Both the position numbers and the translations under genes were made by a program. 64,000 nt of DNA from Phycisphaera sp. TMED9 (GTDB taxonomy: Bacteria; Planctomycetota; Phycisphaerae; Phycisphaerales; SM1A02), in NCBI GenBank assembly GCA_002167845.2, contig NHBO02000064.1:80910-144909 (forward strand), given 5' to 3'. Shown in pieces: positions 19,719 to 29,404 of the stretch. How positions within the stretch are numbered: position 1 is the stretch's first letter; each line of letters opens with the position of its first letter. The notes under the pieces are model-generated. The model searched no databases, had not been told where the DNA came from, and saw only the letters and a list, made by a program, of their open reading frames with translations.

Positions 19719-20936
19719 TCAGGAGGATACCGTCGAAATCGCTTCGGCCGCGGCTTTCAGTGCCGCCGCCTTGTCGGTGCGCTCCCAGGTGAAGGTCCCG
19801 GGGCCGCCTTCTCCAGGCTCGCGTCCGAAGTGGCCGTGAGCCGCGGTGACGCGGTAGATCGGCTTGAGCAGATCCAGCTCGCTGATGATTCCCGCGGGGG
19901 TGAGCCCGAAGTGTTCGCGGACGATCGCCTCGATGGCCGCTTCGTCGATGGTGGACGTTCCATTCGTATCCACCAGAACCGACGTCGGTTCCGCGACGCC
20001 GATGGCGTAACTCAACTGCACTTCGCATTCTTCGGCGAGTTCGGCGGCGACGATGTTCTTGGCGATGTACCGCGCCATGTAGGCGGCCGAACGGTCGACC
20101 TTCGACGGGTCCTTGCCACTGAAGGCGCCACCGCCGTGCCGGCCACGTCCGCCGTAGGTGTCGACGATGATCTTCCGGCCGGTGAGGCCGCAATCGCCAT
20201 GAGGGCCACCAAGTTCGAATTTTCCGGTCGGGTTCACGTGGACCGTGATGTCATCGCTCCACCACTCGCCCAGAATCGGCTTGATGACGTGTTCGATGAT
20301 CGCGGCCTTCAGCTCGGCCTGCTTGTCGGCACCATTCCACGCCGGGCCGTGCTGGGTCGACAGAACCACGGTACGAACGGCGACGGGCTTTCCTTGGTCG
20401 TACTCCACGGTGACCTGGCTCTTGGCATCGGGACGAAGATGCAGGATCACGTTCTCACGACGAACTTCGGCCTGACGGGCCACCAGTTTGTGCGAAAGGT
20501 CGATCGGAAGCGGCATCAAGGATTCTGTTTCTCGGCATGCGAATCCGAACATGAGACCCTGATCGCCCGCGCCCTGTTCCGAGGGAGAACCACCGGCCTT
20601 GTCCCGGTCGACGCCCTGGTTGATGTCCGGGCTCTGCTGGTCGAGTGAGACGAGGACGGCACAGCTGCGTCCATCGAGTCCCTTCGAGGCGTCGTCGTAT
20701 CCGATCTCTTCGGCCGTTCGTCGGACGATCTCCGCGATCTCGACATACCCGTCGCACGTCACTTCGCCGGCGATGACCGCCATGCCGGTGGTCACCATGG
20801 TTTCACAGGCCACTCGGCACTTTGGGTCGACGGCGATCATGCCGTCCAGGATGGCATCTGAGATCTGATCAGCCAGTTTGTCCGGGTGGCCCATCGAGAC
20901 GGATTCGGAAGTGAAGAAGTGGGGGCGGTTCGTCAT
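19719..20936 (-). CDS. metK: S-adenosylmethionine synthetase
   Basis: [57 protein letters not shown]. Confidence 0.98.
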   Translation of the reverse strand: MTNRPHFFTSESVSMGHPDKLADQISDAILDGMIAVDPKCRVACETMVTTGMAVIAGEVTCDGYVEIAEIVRRTAEEIGYDDASKGLDGRSCAVLVSLDQQSPDINQGVDRDKAGGSPSEQGAGDQGLMFGFACRETESLMPLPIDLSHKLVARQAEVRRENVILHLRPDAKSQVTVEYDQGKPVAVRTVVLSTQHGPAWNGADKQAELKAAIIEHVIKPILGEWWSDDITVHVNPTGKFELGGPHGDCGLTGRKIIVDTYGGRGRHGGGAFSGKDPSKVDRSAAYMARYIAKNIVAAELAEECEVQLSYAIGVAEPTSVLVDTNGTSTIDEAAIEAIVREHFGLTPAGIISELDLLKPIYRVTAAHGHFGREPGEGGPGTFTWERTDKAAALKAAAEAISTVSS

Positions 20937-21281
20937 GGTGAAAAGGGCCGGCTGGGAGGACGGGTTCAATCCATTCAACCGATGAATGGATGAAGTAAGA
21001 ATAACGGGTCGTTGGGCTGGTGGGAAGCCATGATTCGAGGATCTCCGGGTGGCTGACCGGGTGTCGGCACGGATTCAACCTCGCTCCATGTTCCCAGGGA
21101 CGTCCGAGAACTCAGCATACCGGCATCTCCGGATCTATTGGACTGAACCGAGAGCTCGTTGGCATCGTTTGAGAAAGAACCGGATCGAAAATCGTCCTCG
21201 TGACGGGGGCGGGCTACTCTTGTGGTACAGATCATTGACGGTCGAATGCCTCGGCCGCAAACCTCCTTTCGGACCCCCCAG

Positions 21282-22823
21282 ATGCGACCTTCCTGGTTCA
21301 TCAATTCGGCCTTCCTGACCACCGCGATCGCCCTCACAGGATCGGCGGCGGCCCTGGAACCGGTTGAAGACGCGGGAGCGTCCACGAGGGTGGTGATCCG
21401 TGGCACACCGGATCTTCGAATCTTCAGCGATCGCGATGGCGGCTTCTGGTTGGTTCCGGATCCGATGAAGAAGCGGCTCGGGATCGAGGATCTGGTCTCG
21501 GCCCGCATCGTCCGAGATGATCTTTCCGCCAACGGCATCGTCGACCTCACCCCTCTGTTCACGATTCCGCCGGCCGATCCGATCGCGGCGTCGGCGCACC
21601 GGCTCGACCGGTACTACATCGCCGAATTCCCCACGGCCGCCGCGGCGGCGGAAGTCGTCGCGGATCTGTCACCGCTGGTCACCATCGGCGGGCCGATCGA
21701 ATCGATCGAGATCGACGGGCTGGGCGGGGTCGCCTCACCTCCCGACGACACCTGGATCATGAGCCAGTACGGGGTTCACAACGTGGGGCAGAATGTTTCG
21801 GGTCAGGATGGCGTGGTCGGTGCCGACGTGAACGTCATTCCAGCCTGGGATTGGACGATCGGTTCCTCGGACGTGGTGGTCGCCGTCCTCGATGCGGGGC
21901 TCAGTCCGCATGAGGAGTTCGCGGATCGTCTGCTGCCGGGTTGGAACGTCCCCGACGGGAACGATCAATTCGCCGACGAATGCAGCAGTCACGGAACGCA
22001 CGTCGCGGGCATCCTCGCGGCGGAAGGCGACAACGAGCAGGGCGTCGCGGGCGTGGCGTGGCGAACTCGCATCATGCCGGTCGTGGTGACCGATGGATGT
22101 TCGGGCGTTGAAAGCTGGGTCGCGGAGGGAATCGTCTGGGCCGTCGACCAAGGCGCCGACATTCTCAACATGAGCCTTCAGTATTCGGCGGGAACCCAGG
22201 TCCTCGCGGATGCGGTCGCGTATGCGAACACCGCCGGGGTCATTCAGGTCGCGGCCACCGGAAACTCGGGTCAGACCGATGATGTCAAGGCTCCGGCGAG
22301 ATTCCCGGAGACCATCGCGGTGGCGGCGACGGACAATCGCGATCAACACTGGTTGTCCTCGAGTTCAGGGCCGGAGGTCGATCTCGCCGCTCCGGGCTGG
22401 CGTGTCTACTCCTGCACCAACACCTCGAACTACGGATACAAGAGCGGAACCAGCATGGCGACTCCGTTCGTCAGTGGTGCCGTCGCGTTGATGAAGGCCG
22501 TCGCGCCCGATCTCGATCCGATCACCGCGAAGGTCATGCTCCGAGTGAACGCCGTCGACGTCGAAGAAATCGGTTTCGATGAGTTCACGGGCAGCGGACG
22601 CCTCGATGTCGAAGCGGCGGTGCGCTCTCTCGATCCGACTCCGCCGGCACCCGGGGATCTCAATCACGATGGCCTGGTGAACGGCGAAGACTTCGGCATT
22701 CTGCTCACCGATTGGGGACCCTGCCCCGGTGATTGTGAAGAAACCTGCGATGGTGACATCAACGGTGACTGCGTGGTCAACGGCACGGATCTCGGTCTGC
22801 TCTTCATCGACTGGACCGGATGA
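21282..22823 (+). CDS. Secreted subtilisin-like S8 serine peptidase with C-terminal dockerin-like domain
   Basis: Catalytic triad VAVLDAG / HGTHVAG / SGTSMATP, oxyanion AATGN. Tail GDLNHDGLVNGEDFGILLTDWG...GDINGDCVVNGTDLGLL. Start 21222-21282. Confidence 0.93.
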   Translation: MRPSWFINSAFLTTAIALTGSAAALEPVEDAGASTRVVIRGTPDLRIFSDRDGGFWLVPDPMKKRLGIEDLVSARIVRDDLSANGIVDLTPLFTIPPADPIAASAHRLDRYYIAEFPTAAAAAEVVADLSPLVTIGGPIESIEIDGLGGVASPPDDTWIMSQYGVHNVGQNVSGQDGVVGADVNVIPAWDWTIGSSDVVVAVLDAGLSPHEEFADRLLPGWNVPDGNDQFADECSSHGTHVAGILAAEGDNEQGVAGVAWRTRIMPVVVTDGCSGVESWVAEGIVWAVDQGADILNMSLQYSAGTQVLADAVAYANTAGVIQVAATGNSGQTDDVKAPARFPETIAVAATDNRDQHWLSSSSGPEVDLAAPGWRVYSCTNTSNYGYKSGTSMATPFVSGAVALMKAVAPDLDPITAKVMLRVNAVDVEEIGFDEFTGSGRLDVEAAVRSLDPTPPAPGDLNHDGLVNGEDFGILLTDWGPCPGDCEETCDGDINGDCVVNGTDLGLLFIDWTG

Positions 22824-22955
22824 GTTCGGCCGGGAGACCGGCATCGTCTGCAATTCATGATGACCGTCCGACGACCCACCGATGGGGGCGGCGATTCCGC
22901 GATTCCCGCGTATCGTGTGGACGCCTCATTCACGCATCTCAGGGATCCGAGTCTC

Positions 22956-23687
22956 ATGACCGACGTCATCGACGTGTTGCTTGCCCATCGCTCCGTCCGC
23001 CGCTTCAAGGACGAGCCGATTCCCGAAGAGGACCTTCTCCGCGCCGTTCGGGCGGGGCAGCAGGCGGCGACGAGTTCCAACATCCAGGGGTATTGCGCCA
23101 TCCGGGTGACCGATCCGGTGACCCGTGCGGCCCTCGTTCCACTCACCGGCGGTCAGGCCAAGGTCGCGGACTGTCCGTTGTTCCTCGCGATCTGCGGAGA
23201 CACGCGGCGTCATCGGTTGCTGGCGGCCCGCGACGGCGCGGACTACCAGCCGAATCTCGAGGGATTCATGCTCGCGGTGATCGACGCGACGCTCTTCGCC
23301 CAGAACATGGTGATCGCGTTCGAATCCATGGGATACGGCACCTGCTACATCGGGGGATTGCGCGAGGATCTTCCCGCGGTTCACAAGGTGCTTCAGACCC
23401 CGGAGGGCGTGTGGCCCCTCTTCGGGCTCTGCGTCGGACGCCCTGCTCAGGAGCCTCGAACCCGGCCCCGGTTGGAGACCGATGCGGTCATCTTCGATGA
23501 TCGATATCCGGCGGACGAGGAGATTCTCGCATCGATCGACGGCTACGACCGCGTGATGCACGACTGGTACCGGGACAATGGAATCGACACGCCGGACTGG
23601 TCTGCAAGGATCCGTCGGCACTTCGAGGAAAAGCATCGAACGAGGAATGCGGCGTGGTATCTCGCCGCCGGGGCGTCTTTCGACTGA
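22956..23687 (+). CDS. NADPH-dependent nitroreductase/flavin reductase (NfsA/NfrA family)
   Basis: HRSVRRF, AATSSNIQ, IDATLFAQN, ESMGYGTCYIGGLR, PLFGLCVG, RPRL. Start 22857 or 22956. Confidence 0.92.
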   Translation: MTDVIDVLLAHRSVRRFKDEPIPEEDLLRAVRAGQQAATSSNIQGYCAIRVTDPVTRAALVPLTGGQAKVADCPLFLAICGDTRRHRLLAARDGADYQPNLEGFMLAVIDATLFAQNMVIAFESMGYGTCYIGGLREDLPAVHKVLQTPEGVWPLFGLCVGRPAQEPRTRPRLETDAVIFDDRYPADEEILASIDGYDRVMHDWYRDNGIDTPDWSARIRRHFEEKHRTRNAAWYLAAGASFD

Positions 23688-23782
23688 TTCGACCTCGATC
23701 AGCGGTATAGACTGTTCTTCCCCGTCCACCCGATCGGTCGACCCCGACCCCTCGCCGGACGTCTTCCTTCGGAGTCCGATCG

Positions 23783-24274
23783 ATGCTCGTGAAAGTGACG
23801 CTCGCTCGATTGCTGATCCGGGAGATGGCGGACTCGCAGTTCGTCACGCTCCAGGAAGAGGAGGGCGAACGCATGTTTCCCATCGCGATCGGGCTGCCCG
23901 AGGCCTTCGCGATCGAGCGACGTCTTCGAAAGGCGGCGGTGCCGCGACCGCAGACCCATGACCTTCTCGAGAACACGATTTCACTCCTGGGCGGAGACCT
24001 CGTTCAGATCGTGATCCATGCGCTCGAGGAGGGGACCTTCTTCGCGAAGATCGTCGTTCGTCAGAACGACGATCTGATCGAGATCGACTGCCGTCCGTCC
24101 GACGCGATCGCGCTCGGTGCCGCGGCCGACATTCCCATCTTCGTCGAGGAGTCCGTGCTCGACGAGGCGTCGAGCGAGCCGGTGAACGGAATCCAGCCGC
24201 CCGAGCATCCCGGATGGATGCCCGACTTCGGCGAGGAAGAACGGGACGACGACAGTGAACAGGAGTTCGGTTGA
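23783..24274 (+). CDS. Bifunctional nuclease family protein (DUF151)
   Basis: FPIAIGLPEAFAI, PRPQTHDL, GTFFAKI, IDCRPSDAIAL. Confidence 0.92.
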   Translation: MLVKVTLARLLIREMADSQFVTLQEEEGERMFPIAIGLPEAFAIERRLRKAAVPRPQTHDLLENTISLLGGDLVQIVIHALEEGTFFAKIVVRQNDDLIEIDCRPSDAIALGAAADIPIFVEESVLDEASSEPVNGIQPPEHPGWMPDFGEEERDDDSEQEFG

Positions 24275-25644
24275 ACGACGTTCCCAGTGACGATCTCCAT
24301 GTGGCCCCACAGACGGCGTCCGGTGTGCTCGGCGACCCGATGCCGAGGGGGCGACTGCTCGATTCACCGTTGCTGGCGGGGCGGATCAAGCTGCGCGACG
24401 AGGACTTCATCGTCGATGAGATCCCGCTGTACGAACCCTGCGGCGAGGGCGAGCATCTCTACATTCGAGTGCAGAAGAAGGGCCTGGCCCACACCGAACT
24501 GCTCGAGCGACTGCGTCGGCACTTCAATGTCAAGGAGGAGGCGATCGGCGCGGCCGGAATGAAGGATCGGGTCGCGATGACCAGCCAGACCATCTCGATC
24601 CACCTCCCGGGCCGAGGCGGACCACCCTCGGAAGCCGCAACCGCGATCGAGGACTCGAGGATTCAGATCGTGTGGGCGGACTGGCACACCAACAAGCTTC
24701 GCCGCGGACATCTCACGGGGAATCGATTCTCCATTCGTATTCGTGATCTCGATCCGCTTCAGGCGCCGCAGGTCTGGCGTTCGATGAAGGAGCTCGAGAA
24801 GCGGGGGGTTCCCAACCACTACGGGACCCAGCGATTCGGATATCGCCGGAACACGCATCGGCTCGGTGCGATGGTCATTCGCAGTGACTGGGACGGGCTG
24901 GTCGCGGAGATGCTCGGTGCGACCGGAAGTTGGTTCCCCGCTCATCAGAAATCTCAACGAGAGGCCTTCGATGCCGGTCGATTCGACGAGGCCTTGAAGG
25001 GATGGGGGCGTCGTGACGTCGCCGAGCGTGGCATGGCCCGTGCGATCGCGAAGGGACGTTCGCCCGCCGAGGCGGTCCGCACGGTCTCCCGGCAGATGCG
25101 GACGTTCTGGGTGAGCGCCCTCCAATCTTCGATCTTCAACCATCTCCTCGAGGAGCGGCTCGCGTCGGGGACCATCGACCGGCTTCAACTGGGCGACGTC
25201 GCGTTTCGCCACGAGAATCGCAAGTCCTTCCTCGCCGATGCGGCGATGATGGCGGCCGAGGATCAGCAGGCCCGGGTCGATTCGTGGGAGATCTCACCGG
25301 CCGGCCCGATCATCGGACCCGGAATGCCTCAGTCAACGGGCGCCGTGCTGGAGTCCGAGCGTGAAGCGTTCGGAGTCGCCGCGGTCGAAGCGGATGACTT
25401 CGCAAAGGATGATCTCGACTTCAAAGGCACTCGGCGGCCGTACCGCGTCAAGATCCGCGACCTCGAACTCGATTCAGGCTTCGATGAGCACGGGACCTAC
25501 GTTCGAACCGCCTTTGATCTCCCCCGCGGGTCCTACGCCACGGTGGTGCTCCGGGAGATCATCGGTGATGAGGGGGTTGAGGCTCATCGCCGTGATCGCC
25601 GTGACAAGAAGGCTTTCGCGCCGCGCGATGAGACTCGCGAGTGA
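24271..25644 (+). CDS. truD: tRNA pseudouridine(13) synthase
   Basis: EDFIVDEI, GEGEH, AGMKDRVAMTSQ, LRRGHLTGNRF, PNHYGTQRFG, SALQS..FN, FDLPRGSYATVVLRE. Confidence 0.96.
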   Translation: MNDVPSDDLHVAPQTASGVLGDPMPRGRLLDSPLLAGRIKLRDEDFIVDEIPLYEPCGEGEHLYIRVQKKGLAHTELLERLRRHFNVKEEAIGAAGMKDRVAMTSQTISIHLPGRGGPPSEAATAIEDSRIQIVWADWHTNKLRRGHLTGNRFSIRIRDLDPLQAPQVWRSMKELEKRGVPNHYGTQRFGYRRNTHRLGAMVIRSDWDGLVAEMLGATGSWFPAHQKSQREAFDAGRFDEALKGWGRRDVAERGMARAIAKGRSPAEAVRTVSRQMRTFWVSALQSSIFNHLLEERLASGTIDRLQLGDVAFRHENRKSFLADAAMMAAEDQQARVDSWEISPAGPIIGPGMPQSTGAVLESEREAFGVAAVEADDFAKDDLDFKGTRRPYRVKIRDLELDSGFDEHGTYVRTAFDLPRGSYATVVLREIIGDEGVEAHRRDRRDKKAFAPRDETRE

Positions 25645-25654
25645 TTTGAATCAC
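25641..25654. promoter_or_regulatory. CRP/FNR-family-like palindrome upstream of the bc-caa3 operon
   Basis: GTGAT-TTGA-ATCAC perfect 6-bp inverted repeat, ~180 bp before the coxB start; overlaps the truD stop. Confidence 0.35.
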
Positions 25655-25831
25655 GATCAAGAGGCGCCGAAACGCGAAAACGGCGACCTCCCGCGTCCAA
25701 CGATCGGTCGGGATCTGGCACCGGCTCGTTCGGGGTTGCGGTTCGATTTCTGTTCGGGCTCGGAAGGGACCTGATATATTCCGGCCTCCCGCCGGGGGAT
25801 CGTCGCCGCACTTTGGAAAGGAAGATCTGGT

Positions 25832-27052
25832 TTGTTCGGAGTTCGATCTGCAACTGCGATCGTCCTCATCGCGTCGCTCTGCGTCGCGGGCCGGCTTCTG
25901 GCTGGAGCAGGGCAGGACACCACCGTGCCGGCCGCGGATGGGGCGAGTGCGGCCGCCGCTCAGGACGTGGCGTCGCCGCCCGTGCCCCCGATCCCTTCCG
26001 CGGCACCGCCGCCGTACACCATCAAGGGGTCGGTGGCGGAGATGGATGCGAAACTCGTGGTCTGCGATCCGGACGGCCCACCGGTCGCGGGCGCCGGGGT
26101 CACCGGGATCTTTGCGCCGGAGTCGCCGCCTTCGCGGGAGATCCGCGATCTCAGTTATCTCGTGTTCGGGATCTGCATCGTCATCTTCGTGGTGGTCCAG
26201 GGATTCCTGGTGGTCGCGATCGTTCGAGGGGTCCGCGCTCGCCGGGCCGCGAACCGATCCGCCGAAGAAGTCTCGGACGAACCCGTCCAGATCTATGGAA
26301 GCATTCCGATTGAAATCGCGTGGACGGTGATTCCATCGATCATCGTCTTCGTGCTGACGATGGTCACCATTCGAACAATTCGAGACATCGACATCACCAC
26401 GGCGCCCGAGGACTCGCTCGAAGTCGTCGTGATCGGCCATCAATGGTGGTGGGAATTCCGGTATCCGGGACCTGACGGCGAAGTCGTCACCGCCAACGAG
26501 ATGCACGTCCCGGTCGGTCGCCCGGTATGGCTTCGACTGGAGTCCGCCGATGTGATCCACAGTTTCTGGGTTCCGAGGCTCGCCGGAAAGATGGACCTGA
26601 TTCCCGGGCGCACGAACTACACGTGGTTCTCCGCCGATCGGAAGGGCATCTTCCTCGGACAGTGTGCGGAATACTGCGGAACGCAGCACGCTCACATGCT
26701 GATCCGTGTCTATGCCGACGAACCCGCGGAATTCGAGACCTGGTTGGCCGAACAGCGGAAGCCTGCGGTCGTCGATCCGTCGGTCGAAGCGGGTCGGCGC
26801 GTGTTCGCCGAGTACGCGTGTCTCAACTGTCACACCATCGACGGGTTGAGCGATGGCATGTTCGGCCCGAACCTGACTCATCTTGCAAGCCGGAACACCA
26901 TCGGTTCGGGATTCATCCCCCTCGATCGCGACAATCTTCGGGCGTGGATCGACGATCCGAACCAACTCAAACCCGGCTGCAACATGCCGTCGCTCAAACT
27001 TGATCCGACGGAACTCGACGCGGTCACCGACTACCTCATGACCCTGCATTGA
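25832..27052 (+). CDS. coxB: Cytochrome c oxidase subunit II with fused cytochrome c (caa3 type), copy 1
   Basis: EIAWTVIP, HQWWWEFRY, DVIHSFW, CuA motif CAEYCGTQHAHM, heme c motif CLNCH. Confidence 0.95.
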   Translation: MFGVRSATAIVLIASLCVAGRLLAGAGQDTTVPAADGASAAAAQDVASPPVPPIPSAAPPPYTIKGSVAEMDAKLVVCDPDGPPVAGAGVTGIFAPESPPSREIRDLSYLVFGICIVIFVVVQGFLVVAIVRGVRARRAANRSAEEVSDEPVQIYGSIPIEIAWTVIPSIIVFVLTMVTIRTIRDIDITTAPEDSLEVVVIGHQWWWEFRYPGPDGEVVTANEMHVPVGRPVWLRLESADVIHSFWVPRLAGKMDLIPGRTNYTWFSADRKGIFLGQCAEYCGTQHAHMLIRVYADEPAEFETWLAEQRKPAVVDPSVEAGRRVFAEYACLNCHTIDGLSDGMFGPNLTHLASRNTIGSGFIPLDRDNLRAWIDDPNQLKPGCNMPSLKLDPTELDAVTDYLMTLH

Positions 27053-27067
27053 CTTGAAGGTCCCGAC

Positions 27068-28753
27068 ATGACCACTGGCTCAGGACATTCTGGTTCCGCA
27101 TCCCTTCCAGGGCCGTCCACGCGCGGTCGTTTCTGGGAATTGGCGATGCAGTGGGCGATCTCCGTCGACCACAAGAAGCTGGCCATGATGTACATCGGTG
27201 CGGGCCTGATCTTCTTCCTGGTCGGTGGCATCGAAGCCGCGTTCATGCGGCTTCAACTGGCTCAGGCGGGGAATGAAGTCGTTGATCCGGCGACCTTCAA
27301 CCAGTTGTTCACGATGCACGGCACCACCATGGTGTTTCTGGTCGGCATGCCGATCCTGCTGGGATTCGGCAACTACCTGATTCCCCTGATGGTGGGTGCC
27401 CGGGACATGGCTTTCCCGAGGCTCAACGCCTTCGGGTTCTGGCTCTTCATCTTCGGCGGTCTCCTCCTCTACTTCAGTTACGTGGGGGCCGACGGTCTCT
27501 ACGGGGCGGGTACGGCGCCGGACGTCGGTTGGTTCGCCTACGCACCGCTCACCAGCCGGACCTTCAGTCGAGGCAACAGCACCGATTACTGGATTCTGGG
27601 GATTCTGGTCAGTGGTTTCGGCAGCATGACGACCGCGATCAACTTCATCGCGACCATCCTCTGCATGCGTTGCCCGGGCATGAAGTTGATGCGCATGCCG
27701 ATGATCGCGTGGATGATGCTCGTGGTGGCCTTCCTCGTGCTCGTGGCGATTCCGATCCTGACCGCCGCACAGGCGATGCTTCTCTTCGACCGGACGCTCG
27801 GCGCTCACTTCTTCGATCCGGAGACCCAGGGGTCCGCGATCCTCTGGCAGCACCTCTTCTGGTTCTTCGGGCACCCCGAGGTCTACATCCTGATTCTTCC
27901 CGCCTTCGGGTTCGTGAGCGAGATCATGCCCACGTTCAGTCGGAAGGTGCTCTTCGGATACCCATTGATGGTCGCCGCGACCGTGGGAATCGGGTTCATA
28001 TCGCTGGGCGTCTGGGCGCACCACATGTTCGTGGTGGGGCTCGGCCCGGTGCTTGACTCGTTCTTCGGCGCCACGACCTTCCTGATATCCGTCCCGACCG
28101 GAATCAAGATCTTCAACTGGCTTGGGACCATGTGGGGTGGTCGAATCCAATTCACGACCCCGATGCTCTTCGTCACCGGCTTCGTCGCGATGTTCGTGAT
28201 CGGTGGGCTGACCGGGATCATGCTGGCGACGGTTCCCATGACCTGGCAGCTGTCCGACAGCTACTTCGTGGTCGGTCACTTCCACTACGTGCTCTTCGGT
28301 GGAACGGTGTTCGGAATCTTCGGCGCGTTGTTCTACTGGTTCCCCAAGGCGACCGGTCGCCTTCTCGACGAACGGCTCGGGAAGTGGACGTTCTGGCTTC
28401 TCTTCATCGGATTCACGCTGACCTTCATGCCCATGCACGTCTCAGGAGCGTTGGGCATGCCGCGTCGCGTCTACACCTACGAAGCCGATCGAGGCTTCGA
28501 AATCTGGAACCTGATCAGCTCGATCGGAGTTCCAGTACAGATGGCGGGCGTCGCGCTGTTCCTGTGGAACGTGGTTCGAACCCTTCGCAAGGGCGAAGTG
28601 GCCGGCGACGACCCGTGGGACGCCTGGACGCTCGAGTGGGGGACCAGCAGCCCGCCGCCGGAGTGGAACTTCGACCGCATCCCGACCTGTACCAGCGCTC
28701 GACCGCTCTGGGACCGCAAACATCCGGAGGATCCCGATGCGCATTACGAGTGA
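27068..28753 (+). CDS. ctaD: Cytochrome c oxidase subunit I, A1-type
   Basis: DHKK, FTMHG, DMAFPRLN, WFFGHPEVY (A1 signature), WAHH, PTGIK, HFHY, GMPRR. Confidence 0.98.
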   Translation: MTTGSGHSGSASLPGPSTRGRFWELAMQWAISVDHKKLAMMYIGAGLIFFLVGGIEAAFMRLQLAQAGNEVVDPATFNQLFTMHGTTMVFLVGMPILLGFGNYLIPLMVGARDMAFPRLNAFGFWLFIFGGLLLYFSYVGADGLYGAGTAPDVGWFAYAPLTSRTFSRGNSTDYWILGILVSGFGSMTTAINFIATILCMRCPGMKLMRMPMIAWMMLVVAFLVLVAIPILTAAQAMLLFDRTLGAHFFDPETQGSAILWQHLFWFFGHPEVYILILPAFGFVSEIMPTFSRKVLFGYPLMVAATVGIGFISLGVWAHHMFVVGLGPVLDSFFGATTFLISVPTGIKIFNWLGTMWGGRIQFTTPMLFVTGFVAMFVIGGLTGIMLATVPMTWQLSDSYFVVGHFHYVLFGGTVFGIFGALFYWFPKATGRLLDERLGKWTFWLLFIGFTLTFMPMHVSGALGMPRRVYTYEADRGFEIWNLISSIGVPVQMAGVALFLWNVVRTLRKGEVAGDDPWDAWTLEWGTSSPPPEWNFDRIPTCTSARPLWDRKHPEDPDAHYE

Positions 28754-28780
28754 TCTCCGACCGCAGCACGAGGTGTGTGG

Positions 28781-29404
28781 ATGACCGCCTTGAACGCGAA
28801 CCCGAGCACCGGTCCACTGAAGGCTCCGCTCTCCAGAGCGAAGGTCGGCATGGCCTGCCTGATCTTCATGGAGAGCGCCTTCTTCAGCGCCTTCCTGGTG
28901 ACCTATCTCTATTACATCGGGAAGAGTCCCGATGGCCCGCAGCCGCTCGAATGTCTCGAACTGAATCTGGTTCTGATCAACAGCGTCTGCCTTCTCAGTT
29001 CGAGCGTCACCGTGGTCCTCGCGGTCAGATCGCTCGCCCGCGGCGCGATGGGTGCGTTCCGGCTCTGGCTGGCCGTGACCATTCTCCTCGGCCTGGAGTT
29101 CCTTCTCGGTACGGGATACGAGTGGTGGGGGCTCATCGAGGACAAGGGGCTGACGATTCAATCGAACGCCTTTGGAACCAACTTCTACTCCCTCGTCGGA
29201 TTCCATGCGTTCCACGTCTTCGTCGGACTCGTGCTGCTGATCGGGGTGTTCATTCTCTCGCTCTTCGGCTGCATCAATCCGAAACGGGATCATCAGCGGG
29301 TCGATGTCGCCACCTGGTACTGGCACTTCGTGGATGTGGTCTGGATCCTGGTCTTCACCCTCGTCTACATCGTCGGGCGTGTCCCGCAGGGGGCCGCAGC
29401 ATGA
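28781..29404 (+). CDS. ctaE: Cytochrome c oxidase subunit III (short, 5-TM form)
   Basis: FMESAFFSAF, NSVCLLSSSVT, FYSLVGFHAFHV, YWHFVDVVW. Confidence 0.95.
   Translation: MTALNANPSTGPLKAPLSRAKVGMACLIFMESAFFSAFLVTYLYYIGKSPDGPQPLECLELNLVLINSVCLLSSSVTVVLAVRSLARGAMGAFRLWLAVTILLGLEFLLGTGYEWWGLIEDKGLTIQSNAFGTNFYSLVGFHAFHVFVGLVLLIGVFILSLFGCINPKRDHQRVDVATWYWHFVDVVWILVFTLVYIVGRVPQGAAA

Noticed and set aside
19714..20193. Apparent N-terminal extension of rsmB overlapping metK (likewise extended ORFs for ppiB 8119, ctaB 57938, qcrB 31470, tadA 37369)
   Set aside because: Upstream open frames without coding character; better starts with RBS or -10 support lie downstream. No evidence of programmed frameshifting.
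20937..21220. Canonical SAM-I/II/V riboswitch upstream of metK
   Set aside because: Consensus elements could not be matched by eye; kept only as a low-interest hairpin observation.
28132..29400. N-terminal 423 aa of the 712-aa ORF 28132-30270
   Set aside because: Out-of-frame overlap with ctaD/ctaE with Arg-rich nonsense composition. The real gene starts at ATG 29401.
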